A stretch of DNA of 64,000 bases from Elusimicrobiota bacterium (GTDB lineage: Bacteria > Elusimicrobiota > Elusimicrobia > UBA1565 > UBA9628): contig JBBTJN010000033.1 in assembly GCA_038059415.1 (NCBI GenBank), forward strand, positions 9,330-73,329, given 5' to 3'. Position 1 is the first letter of the stretch. Every line of letters begins with the position of its first letter. Shown here piece after piece: positions 26,610 through 35,150 of this stretch. The notes under the pieces were generated by a model that made no database searches, was not told where the DNA came from, and saw only the letters and a program-made list of their open reading frames with translations. The position numbers and the translations under genes are program-made.

Positions 26610-29600
26610 CAGGGCACCGTCCGCAGCTCGGAGGAGCCGAACATTTCGAGATACAGCGCCCAGGTGCGCGGGCAGGTCTCGCGCAAGACGCAGGTCCGGC
26701 ATGCGGGAGGCGTGGGGCGGGACTGTATCTGGGCGCCCATGCCGTCGTGGACGCCGTTGAGATCGTCGGCGCGGAAGCGGTCCCACTGTCCCGCACTTTC
26801 CGCGCCGCTGCGCAGACTTTCGTCGAGTAGGCACGCAGGCAGGCCCTCGGTGGTGACGTTCAGGCCTAAGGCCGAGGCGGCGCGCGCGGCGCGGCCCACG
26901 GCCTCGGCGGCGTCCGCGAGGCGGACCAAAGGTCCGACGACCACTTCGCGCGGCAATTGGACGGGACGTGGGAAATTGAATTGTATTCTCCTAACCCCTA
27001 ATTTAGCGAGCAAGGCCGGGATATGTTCAAGATGATCGATGTTCCCGCGCAGAACCGGAACGGTGACCAGGACATCCTTGCTCGCGTCGAGTAAGACCTT
27101 GGTTCCCATGAGGGCCTCGCGCAACGAGCCTGCGGTACCGCTCAGGCCGTCGTGGGTCGCTTCGTCGTGCCCGAGGATAAGGACTTCTGCCGCGTCGATT
27201 TGCGCCAGGAACTTCTGCGGCCGCGTAAAGGAACGAGCATTGGTCTGGAGCTGGATGTAGCGGTAGCCCATCTCGCGCGCGGCGGCGAGCATCTCCGGCA
27301 GGCGCGGCCATGACGCTGGCTCGCCGCGCATCACGATGAGCTCGTCGCAGTTTGCACGGCGCCCGTTCTCAAGAGAGGCGATCGCGGCTACATAAGTCCT
27401 CGGCGCGAGGCCGGCGATATCCGCGATCGTGCAGTGCGGACATTGCAAATCGCAGTCCACCGTCACCCGCAAAGACAGGCGCCGTCCGCCGGGCAAGGCG
27501 CGCAGGATCGCCGGGTCGGCGCTCGCCGTCGCACGAGGCTTCGCGACCGTGGCGATGAACGGCCCTATGACCAATGCGTCGGCACCCAGGGATACGAAGG
27601 CCTCCGCCGCCTGCGAGGGGGTGCAGACGATAGGCTCGTCCTTGCGGTTGAAGGAGGTGTTGAGGACCATGGGCACGGCGGTGAGCTTCTCGAACTCACA
27701 GATGAGGCGGTGGTAGAGAGGAGATTGGGCGGCATGGACGCTTTGCGGACGCGTAGTGCCGTCGTCGTGGAGCACCGCGGCGATGAGCGCCTTTTTCTCC
27801 GCGCGCACTGGGACGGTGAAAAGCATGAAGCGCGAGTCGAAGGCGTCCTCGAACCACTCGGTTTCGCGGCCGGCTAAAATGGACGGCCCGAACGGCCTCC
27901 AAGAATGGCGCGACTTGAGGGCGTTGAGCCGGTCCTTAGAACCCGGGTCGCGCGGGTCGGCCAGCAGGCTGCGGGCGCCGAGGGCGCGGGGGCCGAATTC
28001 TAGACGGCCCTGAAACCAGCCCAAAATCTTCCCTTCGGAGAGCATCTTCGCCGCATCCCGGCACAGATCGTCCGGACGGCGATAAGAAAGCCCCGCTGCG
28101 TCCAGCGCGGAGGAGATCTCGCTTTCGGTGAAATCGGGGCCTAGATAGGCGTCGCCCATGACGAAGTCCGGGCCGCCGGGCGAGGTCAGGGCGTGGGCTT
28201 CCAACGCCGCGCCCAAAGCCGTGCCCGCGTCGTTGGCCGCGGGCTGGACGAACATCTGTTTCGGCAGGAATTTCTCGCGGATGAGTTGGTTCATTCGGCA
28301 GTTGAGCGCGACGCCTCCAGCCACGCATAAACCGGCGGGGTTGGAAGGAACGAATTCATCGAGTATGCCGAGGATCGTCTCCTCCAGTGATTTTTGAAGC
28401 GAGGCCGCGAGGTCGCGGTGCTCGAGCTTGAGCGCCTCGTGGGGCGCGCGCCGATAGGTCTCGAGTTCGGCGGACAACTCCTCGTTGATCGATATCTTTT
28501 TCTTGCCTTGCCAAGATAAGAAGCGCTCGAAGGGAATGCCGGGCCGGCCGGTGCCTGACAAAGCCATCACGATCCCCTGGCCATGTGCGCCGAATCCCAG
28601 CAGTCTTGTCGCGGACTCGTACACGCCGCCGATCGAGCGGCGGACCAAAGACGGCAGCTCGTAAACCTGGTTCAGCGCGCCGCCGCGGGCGCGGAACAGC
28701 GCGGCCGTCTGCCGTTCGCCCCGCCCGTCCACGGTGAGCACCCAGGAGTCTTTTTGCCCCGAGGCTCGGAAGGCGGAGGCGGCGTGGCAGAGGTGATGGG
28801 GGATGAACATCAGGCGTCCGCAGCGAATGACGGGCAAGGGCTCGCCGGGCGGCGCCGAGGCATGGGCCATGCCGTAGCGGGGAGGCAGGCCGTTGATCGC
28901 GATCACATCCATGTCGTCGAGCGAGAGGCCCTCCTTTGACAGGAGGACGCGTATGGCCCTGCGGCAGAACGCCTCCTCCAGGGTGAAGCCGAAGCGGCGC
29001 GCGCCCGGCTCCGGCCAGCCGTAATGGCGGATGCGAGCCAGCTTTTCTTCTTCCACGGCGCCGACGAGCACTCCGTCCTTGAGCAAGGCGGCCGCATGCT
29101 CCTGCATCGTGTGGATGGCCAGACCCAGTATGTAGCGAGGCTTTTTCGGGGGATCGAGCTTGGGCAGGAGATAGGAGGGTGGAAACGGGGCAGGCGCGGC
29201 CGGGCCCGCTTTGCCGCGCAGGCGCGACAGCCAGCCGGGGCGGTCGGCGGCGGCCTCGGCGCGCATCGCGCTGGTGAAGCGGTAAGGCGGACGCAAGGCG
29301 TCCTTGGGGCAGGCCTCCACGCAGTCGAAGCAGCTGAGGCAGGCGGCGGCGTCAGGGAGCGCCGTGCCGCCGCGCTTTAGGCGCCCGGCCGGACAGACGC
29401 CGGCGCAGACGTCGCACGGCTCGCAGCGAAGGGGATCGACGACGATATCGTCGCCTTGCGCCGCAGCCGTCGGCCGGCGCAGTATGCCTCGTTCGAGACC
29501 ATCTATCAGTATCCGGAAATCCTTCGGCACAGGCGCGGGGGAGCTGCCGAGATGGGAGGCGAACCATGAAAGCGCCTTTCGTTCTTGGGCCGCGGCGATA

Positions 29601-30106
29601 AAGATCGCGGGGGCCAAACCTGTCGAGTTTTCACGTCGGCGCCAAGCCAGGAGAAACGGTCCCGTTCCGGCGGTGACCGGACCGGCTCCGATTGTGGAGG
29701 CATGCAGACGCGATAGGAGTTTCTTCAGCCCAGCCGGCGGCACTCCTTTTTTTGAGCCCAAGCGCCGCGTCAGGAAGCCGGCGCAGGACCGGGCATTCTC
29801 CGGGGAGACCTCGACCAAGGCCACGGTGAGTGTGGGAACTCGTCGTTTGTCTTCGATTCGAGGCGTCTTCCCGTCAGGGAGATCTTTGACCGTCGTGCGC
29901 ACGGAGAGTCCGGCGAAACGATCCTTCAGCCAAGCGTGCGCCTCCTCAAGGTCCGGATGCCTGGAATTCGAGGTCAGGATGGCGCCCTCGTCGTCGAGGG
30001 TCAGCAGGAAGCCGCCTTTGAGCTTTGCCGCGACGCCGCGCAGAAGTTCCGCCGTAGAGAGCTTCGTGCCGCAAGCGTCGGTCACGGGAGAGGCGGTCAT
30101 GGTCAA
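26609..30106 (-). CDS. Giant fusion protein (1165 aa): N-terminal domain, 2x[4Fe-4S] ferredoxin domain, carbamoyltransferase and an intact C-terminal radical SAM domain.
   Basis: It is a paralog of the 6197..9667 gene. The ferredoxin motifs are CEPCDVCAGVCP and CLSCFDCVEACP. The carbamoyltransferase core carries HHLCHAASAF. The C-terminal domain has CDLQCPHC (CxxxCxxC). The tail is CRTCVLRETCPRTWALYLEMFGSSEL. Confidence 0.8.
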   Translation of the reverse strand: MTMTASPVTDACGTKLSTAELLRGVAAKLKGGFLLTLDDEGAILTSNSRHPDLEEAHAWLKDRFAGLSVRTTVKDLPDGKTPRIEDKRRVPTLTVALVEVSPENARSCAGFLTRRLGSKKGVPPAGLKKLLSRLHASTIGAGPVTAGTGPFLLAWRRRENSTGLAPAIFIAAAQERKALSWFASHLGSSPAPVPKDFRILIDGLERGILRRPTAAAQGDDIVVDPLRCEPCDVCAGVCPAGRLKRGGTALPDAAACLSCFDCVEACPKDALRPPYRFTSAMRAEAAADRPGWLSRLRGKAGPAAPAPFPPSYLLPKLDPPKKPRYILGLAIHTMQEHAAALLKDGVLVGAVEEEKLARIRHYGWPEPGARRFGFTLEEAFCRRAIRVLLSKEGLSLDDMDVIAINGLPPRYGMAHASAPPGEPLPVIRCGRLMFIPHHLCHAASAFRASGQKDSWVLTVDGRGERQTAALFRARGGALNQVYELPSLVRRSIGGVYESATRLLGFGAHGQGIVMALSGTGRPGIPFERFLSWQGKKKISINEELSAELETYRRAPHEALKLEHRDLAASLQKSLEETILGILDEFVPSNPAGLCVAGGVALNCRMNQLIREKFLPKQMFVQPAANDAGTALGAALEAHALTSPGGPDFVMGDAYLGPDFTESEISSALDAAGLSYRRPDDLCRDAAKMLSEGKILGWFQGRLEFGPRALGARSLLADPRDPGSKDRLNALKSRHSWRPFGPSILAGRETEWFEDAFDSRFMLFTVPVRAEKKALIAAVLHDDGTTRPQSVHAAQSPLYHRLICEFEKLTAVPMVLNTSFNRKDEPIVCTPSQAAEAFVSLGADALVIGPFIATVAKPRATASADPAILRALPGGRRLSLRVTVDCDLQCPHCTIADIAGLAPRTYVAAIASLENGRRANCDELIVMRGEPASWPRLPEMLAAAREMGYRYIQLQTNARSFTRPQKFLAQIDAAEVLILGHDEATHDGLSGTAGSLREALMGTKVLLDASKDVLVTVPVLRGNIDHLEHIPALLAKLGVRRIQFNFPRPVQLPREVVVGPLVRLADAAEAVGRAARAASALGLNVTTEGLPACLLDESLRSGAESAGQWDRFRADDLNGVHDGMGAQIQSRPTPPACRTCVLRETCPRTWALYLEMFGSSELRTVP

Positions 30107-31245
30107 TTCGTGGCGCGGCTCCCTTTTTTCACTGGTTTCATCGCCGCGAAGCCCTTTTCGCGGATATCAACGATGCTCATCCCGTCGCAGCGGATTTCCA
30201 GGGCACAGCCGCGGCATTGCGAGGCCTTCTGGAAGTAGCGGGAGTCGATATAGAACTTGGCGAAGGCGAAGATGTCGGGCTTCTTGCCGAAGAGGAAAGG
30301 CTCGGGCTTGCCCGCCGGGCGCAGGCACAGGGGGCCGGTCTTGGCCGGCAGGCTGCCGTCCTTGGTGAGCAGGCGGAGGTCAGTGCAAAAATCGCGGAGG
30401 AAGCAATGTTGGCAGGCGTCGCCGGCGCAACTGGGATCTTTCCCGGCGTTGAGGTAGCGCGCGAAGATGCGGCGGCGACCGCGGACTTCGTCGAGTATTT
30501 TCGTCGGCGGCTGGATGAGGGACTCGAAGCCGGCGAGATGCTCCGGGCGCAGACGGTTGGTCCAGATGTGCAGATCGGGGCGGCGGCTGAGCTCGAGCGC
30601 GTGGTGGAGGTGTGCGAGATTCTCGGGCTGGGTGAAGTCGCAATGGAGCGCTGCGCGGTTCTTCCAGGCGTCGCCGAAGGGGACCAGGGCGAGCAGATCG
30701 AACTCCCCGACGCCCAGTCCGATGCAGAAATCGAGGTGCTCGCGCAGGACGGGCAGGTTCAGCTTGTTGATGACGACGTCCACGCTTACGATGAGCCCCG
30801 GAGTGGCCAGCGCGGCGCGCAGGCCCGAGAGCGCCTGGACGAATGACCCCGGAACCTGCGTGAGCTTGTCGTGAAGGGCGGGCGTGTTGCCGTGGAGAGA
30901 GAAGGTGATTTCCTTGAGTCCCGCCGCGACGGCCTTTTTCAAGAAATCGGGATAGCAGAACTTGCGGCCATTGGTAATCGTCTGGATGTGGGTGTATCCC
31001 AACTTGCGGGCCAGGCTAAGGATCTCGATGAACTCGGGATGGACGGTGGCTTCGCCGCCGCTGAGCACCGCGCGGCGCAGCCCCAGCTTGCGGCCGGTGA
31101 GCAAGGAGCGCTTGATGGAGGCCATTGGGACGTCGCCCCCGGTCTGAGCATAGCGGTCTAGGCAGAAGATGCAGCGCTGGTTGCAATAGCGGGTGAGCCG
31201 GACCCAGTGCCGCTTCTCGAAGGCGCCCTCGCCGTTCTCGCTCAC
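30103..31245 (-). CDS. Radical SAM protein with a Cys-rich C-terminal region.
   Basis: The motifs are CNQRCIFC and SGGEATV. The C-terminus is CAGDACQHCFLRDFC...CRGCALEIRCDG. The track ORF (724 aa) runs through the upstream gene. A GTG at 31245 with a GGAGG RBS overlaps the upstream stop (GTGA). Confidence 0.65.
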   Translation of the reverse strand: MSENGEGAFEKRHWVRLTRYCNQRCIFCLDRYAQTGGDVPMASIKRSLLTGRKLGLRRAVLSGGEATVHPEFIEILSLARKLGYTHIQTITNGRKFCYPDFLKKAVAAGLKEITFSLHGNTPALHDKLTQVPGSFVQALSGLRAALATPGLIVSVDVVINKLNLPVLREHLDFCIGLGVGEFDLLALVPFGDAWKNRAALHCDFTQPENLAHLHHALELSRRPDLHIWTNRLRPEHLAGFESLIQPPTKILDEVRGRRRIFARYLNAGKDPSCAGDACQHCFLRDFCTDLRLLTKDGSLPAKTGPLCLRPAGKPEPFLFGKKPDIFAFAKFYIDSRYFQKASQCRGCALEIRCDGMSIVDIREKGFAAMKPVKKGSRATN

Positions 31246-32555
31246 GCGACCTCCAGCTTTTCTAGATTCATGCCCTGCGAGACGCCGTTGGCCACGCGAG
31301 AGAGAAAGCCCAAAGCGCCCTGGAAGCCCAGGAACGGCTCGTCGCGCAGGAAGTGCGTGTCTTCCGAGGGATAGCCGAATTCCATGAACTTCGGGCCGCG
31401 GTGGATTTGGGCGAAGGCGAAATCGCTCCCGATGACAAGGTCGGCCCCGCCCTCGCGTCGGCAGAGCGCGCCCCACCGGTCGCGGACCTCGATGGGGAGG
31501 GGCTCGAACAAGGTGCCGGAGCGGCGCTCCAGGGCCCGTCTCTGCGCTTCGTTTAGATGGTAGGCGCCGCCGATCACGATCGTGCCCGCGATATTGCCGC
31601 CCAGGTCTTCGATCATCTCGGCGAATGCCAGGGCGTAATGCGGGTCGCCGGAGAAGGCGAAGGTCCGGTTCAGGAAGACATGAGGCACGCTCCAGGCCAG
31701 GCGCGGGGCGATCTCGTCGAGCTCGGCGGCGATGAAGGCTTTGGCCCGCTCCACTCTCCCGCACTCGTGGCCGAGCTGTTCGACGAAGCGGCGCGTCGCC
31801 TCGAGACCGAACGGCAGTTCCGCGTCGACGAGGGGCACTCTCAGGCGCTGAGCCAGGATCATCGCGGCCTTGCGGCCGTGGGGCATCGAGATGATCGCAC
31901 CGGCTCGGCGCACGTCGCGCAGGCGCTCGTAGGGCCGGCCGGACAGCCAGATCGAAACGGGCTCCAGCCCCAGGGCGCGGACGATGCGTTCGAGCTCCTT
32001 CAGGTTCCCCTGGTGATCGCCCTCGTTGCGGTCCATCAGGTAACCGACAAGGGCGACGTTCTTGTTCTTCGGCCTGGCTCCGTTGAGGTCCATGCCCGTC
32101 GCCATGGCCTCCATGACCGAGGCGTAGCCGTCGAGCCAGTCGCCCGACACGGCGGAGCGGCGCGGCATGGTGAAGGAGGGCTTGGCGTGGCCCGCCATGG
32201 CCTGGCGCAGTATGCGGTCGTAGTCGGTCCCGACGATGGAACACATCGGCATCGAGCCCAGAAAGACCACGCCGCACTTGGGCAGGGCCGCCATGCTGCG
32301 CAAAGAGGCGACGATGTCGCCCTCGCAGTCCCCGGCGATGTTGAAGACGTTGACGCCCGTGTGCTGTATGCGGTGGCGGCTATCGCAGGACAGCAAGGTC
32401 GAGAACAGGTCGTGGCGGCCGTGGATGTGGGAAGCTTTGTCGAAGATACAGCTGGGTCCGTCGCCGAGGAAGAAGGCGTCGGGGACGGCGTTCAAGGCCA
32501 GGTAGGCTCCCTGAAGGAAGGGGATGTTGATGCGGACACCGATTTTATTTGACAT
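31242..32555 (-). CDS. Nitrogenase component-1-like oxidoreductase subunit, A-type (NifD/NifE/BchN-like family), copy 1.
   Basis: 437 aa. VNIPFLQGAYLALNAVPDAFFLGDGPSC, GSMPMCSIVGTDY and GYLMDRNEGDH are conserved across five paralogs. It resembles PF00148-family proteins. Confidence 0.7.
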   Translation of the reverse strand: MSNKIGVRINIPFLQGAYLALNAVPDAFFLGDGPSCIFDKASHIHGRHDLFSTLLSCDSRHRIQHTGVNVFNIAGDCEGDIVASLRSMAALPKCGVVFLGSMPMCSIVGTDYDRILRQAMAGHAKPSFTMPRRSAVSGDWLDGYASVMEAMATGMDLNGARPKNKNVALVGYLMDRNEGDHQGNLKELERIVRALGLEPVSIWLSGRPYERLRDVRRAGAIISMPHGRKAAMILAQRLRVPLVDAELPFGLEATRRFVEQLGHECGRVERAKAFIAAELDEIAPRLAWSVPHVFLNRTFAFSGDPHYALAFAEMIEDLGGNIAGTIVIGGAYHLNEAQRRALERRSGTLFEPLPIEVRDRWGALCRREGGADLVIGSDFAFAQIHRGPKFMEFGYPSEDTHFLRDEPFLGFQGALGFLSRVANGVSQGMNLEKLEVA

Positions 32556-34275
32556 GATCGGCTCCCTGGGTTCCGGCGAGGTGGGCGGCGTAGCGGCGGT
32601 AGAACGGCAGGCGGCAGACGGAGAGGAGTTTTTTGAAGGTATTCATCGCACCGGCCAGGCCCATTTCGAAATCCTTGCCGCCGAAGCGGGCCTTGCCGGC
32701 CTGCATGATGCGCCAGTCGAAGACGACGTCGGAATAGACGGCGCGGAAGTCGTCGCCGGCCAGGGCCTTCTCCAGCTCCCAGGGCGTGCGGAACACCGTC
32801 ACGCGTGCGTCCTTGAGCCCGGAGGGGAGTGCGGGCGCGGCGCCATGCAGGTCGTAGTAGATGATGTCGATGGGAAATCCCATCTCGCGAACCATCTTCG
32901 CCAGCGGCGCGCCGCAGCCGTAGCGCAGGGTCATCAGCCGCGGCAAGGTCGCCTCGGAGGCGACGAAGGCGACGCGGTAGTTCGCGGCCTCCTTTTTCAT
33001 CTCGTTCCATGCGGCGAGGCAATCGACTGTCGTCTCGGCCCAGACCGTCTTGAACTCGGCTTCCTTGCCGACGGCGGCGGCGATGCCGCGCAGGCATTCG
33101 CGCGTGCTCTCGATGCCGTAGGGAGCGTTCACGACGATAACCGGACGCGAGGTCTTGGCCAGCATGTCTTGAAGCTTCGTCGGGTATGAGCTCCGGTCGC
33201 AGAAGATCTGCCATATCGCTTTGGGCAGGTCGTCGAGGACGGAGAGACGGATGTCGGGCATGACGGTGATGTTGGTCTTGAGCCCGATCTTCTGGAGGAA
33301 CGGCTTCAATTCGGCTTCGCGGTAATTCGGCGGGAAATGGAACAGGTTGACGGCCAAGGCGTCGGCGGGCGCCTCGAAGAATCCGGGACGGCCGAGCAAG
33401 GCGCGGAAGTGCTCGCCGAAGTTGTCGTTTGCGTCGCGGTCCTTCTGGCTCCAGCGCACGGAGGTGCCGTCGACCTCCTTTTCGCAGCGGCGCGCTAGGC
33501 CAGAGAAGTCCTCGCCCATGATGATGGGCGTGCACAGATGGGTGAAGAGAAGGTAGCTGCCGTTCTTGGCGCGCTTGCGGACCGCCTCGACCAGGGCGTC
33601 GGCGCGTTCGCCTGTCCCCATGATCATATCGCGCTCCTCGAGCTCGGTTACGATGGAGGAGTCCTCGCCGTCGTCGCGCACGCCGACCTCGCTTTCCTGG
33701 GGCCAGTCGAGAAAGGTCCACTTCTTGAAACTGCGATGCGGCCGCGCGTAGTAGCATTCAAGGTCGGCGTATTCGATGTTCACCGTGCGCTTGTCGGAGC
33801 ACGAAGGCACGCTCAGCAGAACCTCAAAATCCTGGTCCGCGTAGAAGTTCCGCCAGCCCGCCCCGAGCAGGCTGATAGGCTGGCCGATGCAGGGGACCTT
33901 GACTTGGTCTCCCTCCAGCTCGGGGACTATGTCCTCGGCGAAGGAGAGAGGGTCGACCTCGAGCAGGCGAGCGACGTTTTCGAAGCGGCGGGCTCCGAGA
34001 CGTGCGGCGGAGGCCTTGAGGAACTTCATGACGGAGGGGCCGGCCTCGCCTTCCGGCAGGAAGGACAGGCCGGGCGCCTTGATCGCGCTGCCGGGCGAGG
34101 TGCGGGGAAGAATATAGAAGACCAGACGATGCTCGCCGTGACGCAGACGCACGCAGATGTTCTTCTGATCTAGGCCGCACAGCCCTTCGAGACGCCAGCC
34201 CTTCGAGTCGGCCTTGAGGCCCAGCAGGGCCTCCATCACCGCCATCGCCCGGGGCCCCGCCGTGATGTGGCGCAT
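32545..34275 (-). CDS. Nitrogenase component-1-like oxidoreductase subunit, B-type (NifK/NifN/BchB-like family), copy 1.
   Basis: FTHLCTPIIMGEDF (Cys-x-x-x-x-IGDD-like) and the shared C-terminus AVYSDVVFDWR...KDFEMGL support the call. The internal ATG (MRHITAGPRAM...) matches paralog N-termini. Confidence 0.65.
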   Translation of the reverse strand: MRHITAGPRAMAVMEALLGLKADSKGWRLEGLCGLDQKNICVRLRHGEHRLVFYILPRTSPGSAIKAPGLSFLPEGEAGPSVMKFLKASAARLGARRFENVARLLEVDPLSFAEDIVPELEGDQVKVPCIGQPISLLGAGWRNFYADQDFEVLLSVPSCSDKRTVNIEYADLECYYARPHRSFKKWTFLDWPQESEVGVRDDGEDSSIVTELEERDMIMGTGERADALVEAVRKRAKNGSYLLFTHLCTPIIMGEDFSGLARRCEKEVDGTSVRWSQKDRDANDNFGEHFRALLGRPGFFEAPADALAVNLFHFPPNYREAELKPFLQKIGLKTNITVMPDIRLSVLDDLPKAIWQIFCDRSSYPTKLQDMLAKTSRPVIVVNAPYGIESTRECLRGIAAAVGKEAEFKTVWAETTVDCLAAWNEMKKEAANYRVAFVASEATLPRLMTLRYGCGAPLAKMVREMGFPIDIIYYDLHGAAPALPSGLKDARVTVFRTPWELEKALAGDDFRAVYSDVVFDWRIMQAGKARFGGKDFEMGLAGAMNTFKKLLSVCRLPFYRRYAAHLAGTQGADHVK

Positions 34276-34337
34276 CTTAGGCGGCGGCCTGCGCGCCGCG
34301 GCGCCCGCCGACGGACTTTTCATTTGGGTTGGAGGTA

Positions 34338-35150
34338 TCATCGGATGCTTCCTTCAAAGGATTTTATTTCGCGCGGAAGCGCGGGGAGGTCCGGGCGCAG
34401 TTCCGGCGCCGCCGACGCGAGCCGACGGCGCAGGTCCATGAAGAACTCGCCGTAGCGGCGGCCGAAGGCGATGTTATTGAGCAAAATCCGCCGCTGGCGC
34501 GCATTCCCGGCGTACATCGTGAAATGGGCGCTGGCGCAATGGAAACGATTGATGTAGAGGGAGTCGTAGGGGGGAGCATCGATCACGTTGCCCAAAGCGC
34601 GAGGCGTCGGGGCTCCCGGCGGCACGACCTCCATCAGCCATTCGGTGAGCAGGCGTATGGTGCCGTCCGTGTCCACGGTGAACTCGGGGTTGATGACCCC
34701 CGGCTCGACATCGCCGCGCAGATTGCCGATGCGGATATCGCCGGTCGCCAGTGCCCGGCGATGGCGCGCGAGCGATAACTCCTCGGCCTCGAGCAGGGCG
34801 TCGAGGAGGACGCGCTCGAACTCCTCGAGCCAGCCGATGGGAGCGGCCTTGGCCAGGCGCGCGAGGCAGGCGCGGACCAAGGGATCGTCCGCGTTCTTCG
34901 GCGAAGGCGCGGGCGTGACGGAAAAGCCCTCGCCGCATAGGGCGGTGAGCCTCACGATCCGGTATAGGTTCTCGAGAAGCTCCGACACGGGGGATTCCTG
35001 TCTCGCGATGAAGATGAGGTGCTCCTGATTGAGGCCGCAGCGCGCGAATTCGAGGGCGACCTCCTCGATGCGCGCGTAGCGGCTTGTTTTTCCCAGGCGC
35101 TTGAGCTGGGCGTCGCAGAAGCTGCCGGTCTCGATGCGAAGAGGCCTCAT
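34338..35150 (-). CDS. Radical-SAM C-terminal-half homolog lacking the CxxxCxxC motif. It is either a truncated remnant or an accessory subunit.
   Basis: It starts at the GxES-type motif (IETGSFCDAQLKRLGK), homologous to [16 protein letters not shown] of the 13801 gene. It also carries the LNSEL-like segment (INPEFTVDTDG) and the ILLNNIAFGRRYGEFF tail of the 15717 family. No Cys triad is present. Confidence 0.45.
   Translation of the reverse strand: MRPLRIETGSFCDAQLKRLGKTSRYARIEEVALEFARCGLNQEHLIFIARQESPVSELLENLYRIVRLTALCGEGFSVTPAPSPKNADDPLVRACLARLAKAAPIGWLEEFERVLLDALLEAEELSLARHRRALATGDIRIGNLRGDVEPGVINPEFTVDTDGTIRLLTEWLMEVVPPGAPTPRALGNVIDAPPYDSLYINRFHCASAHFTMYAGNARQRRILLNNIAFGRRYGEFFMDLRRRLASAAPELRPDLPALPREIKSFEGSIR

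Noticed and set aside
30103-32277. Long N-terminal extensions of track ORFs (30103..32277 at 724 aa, 59377..61500, 58442..59899, 13549..15720, 16481..17935, 21808..22923, 22851..23864, 23756..24817, 25671..26834, 50595..52991, 5060..5980, 1081..2409).
   Set aside because: The extensions are low-complexity and run through upstream genes. Internal ATG/GTG/TTG starts that overlap the upstream stop codon by 1-4 nt and match paralog N-termini were preferred.
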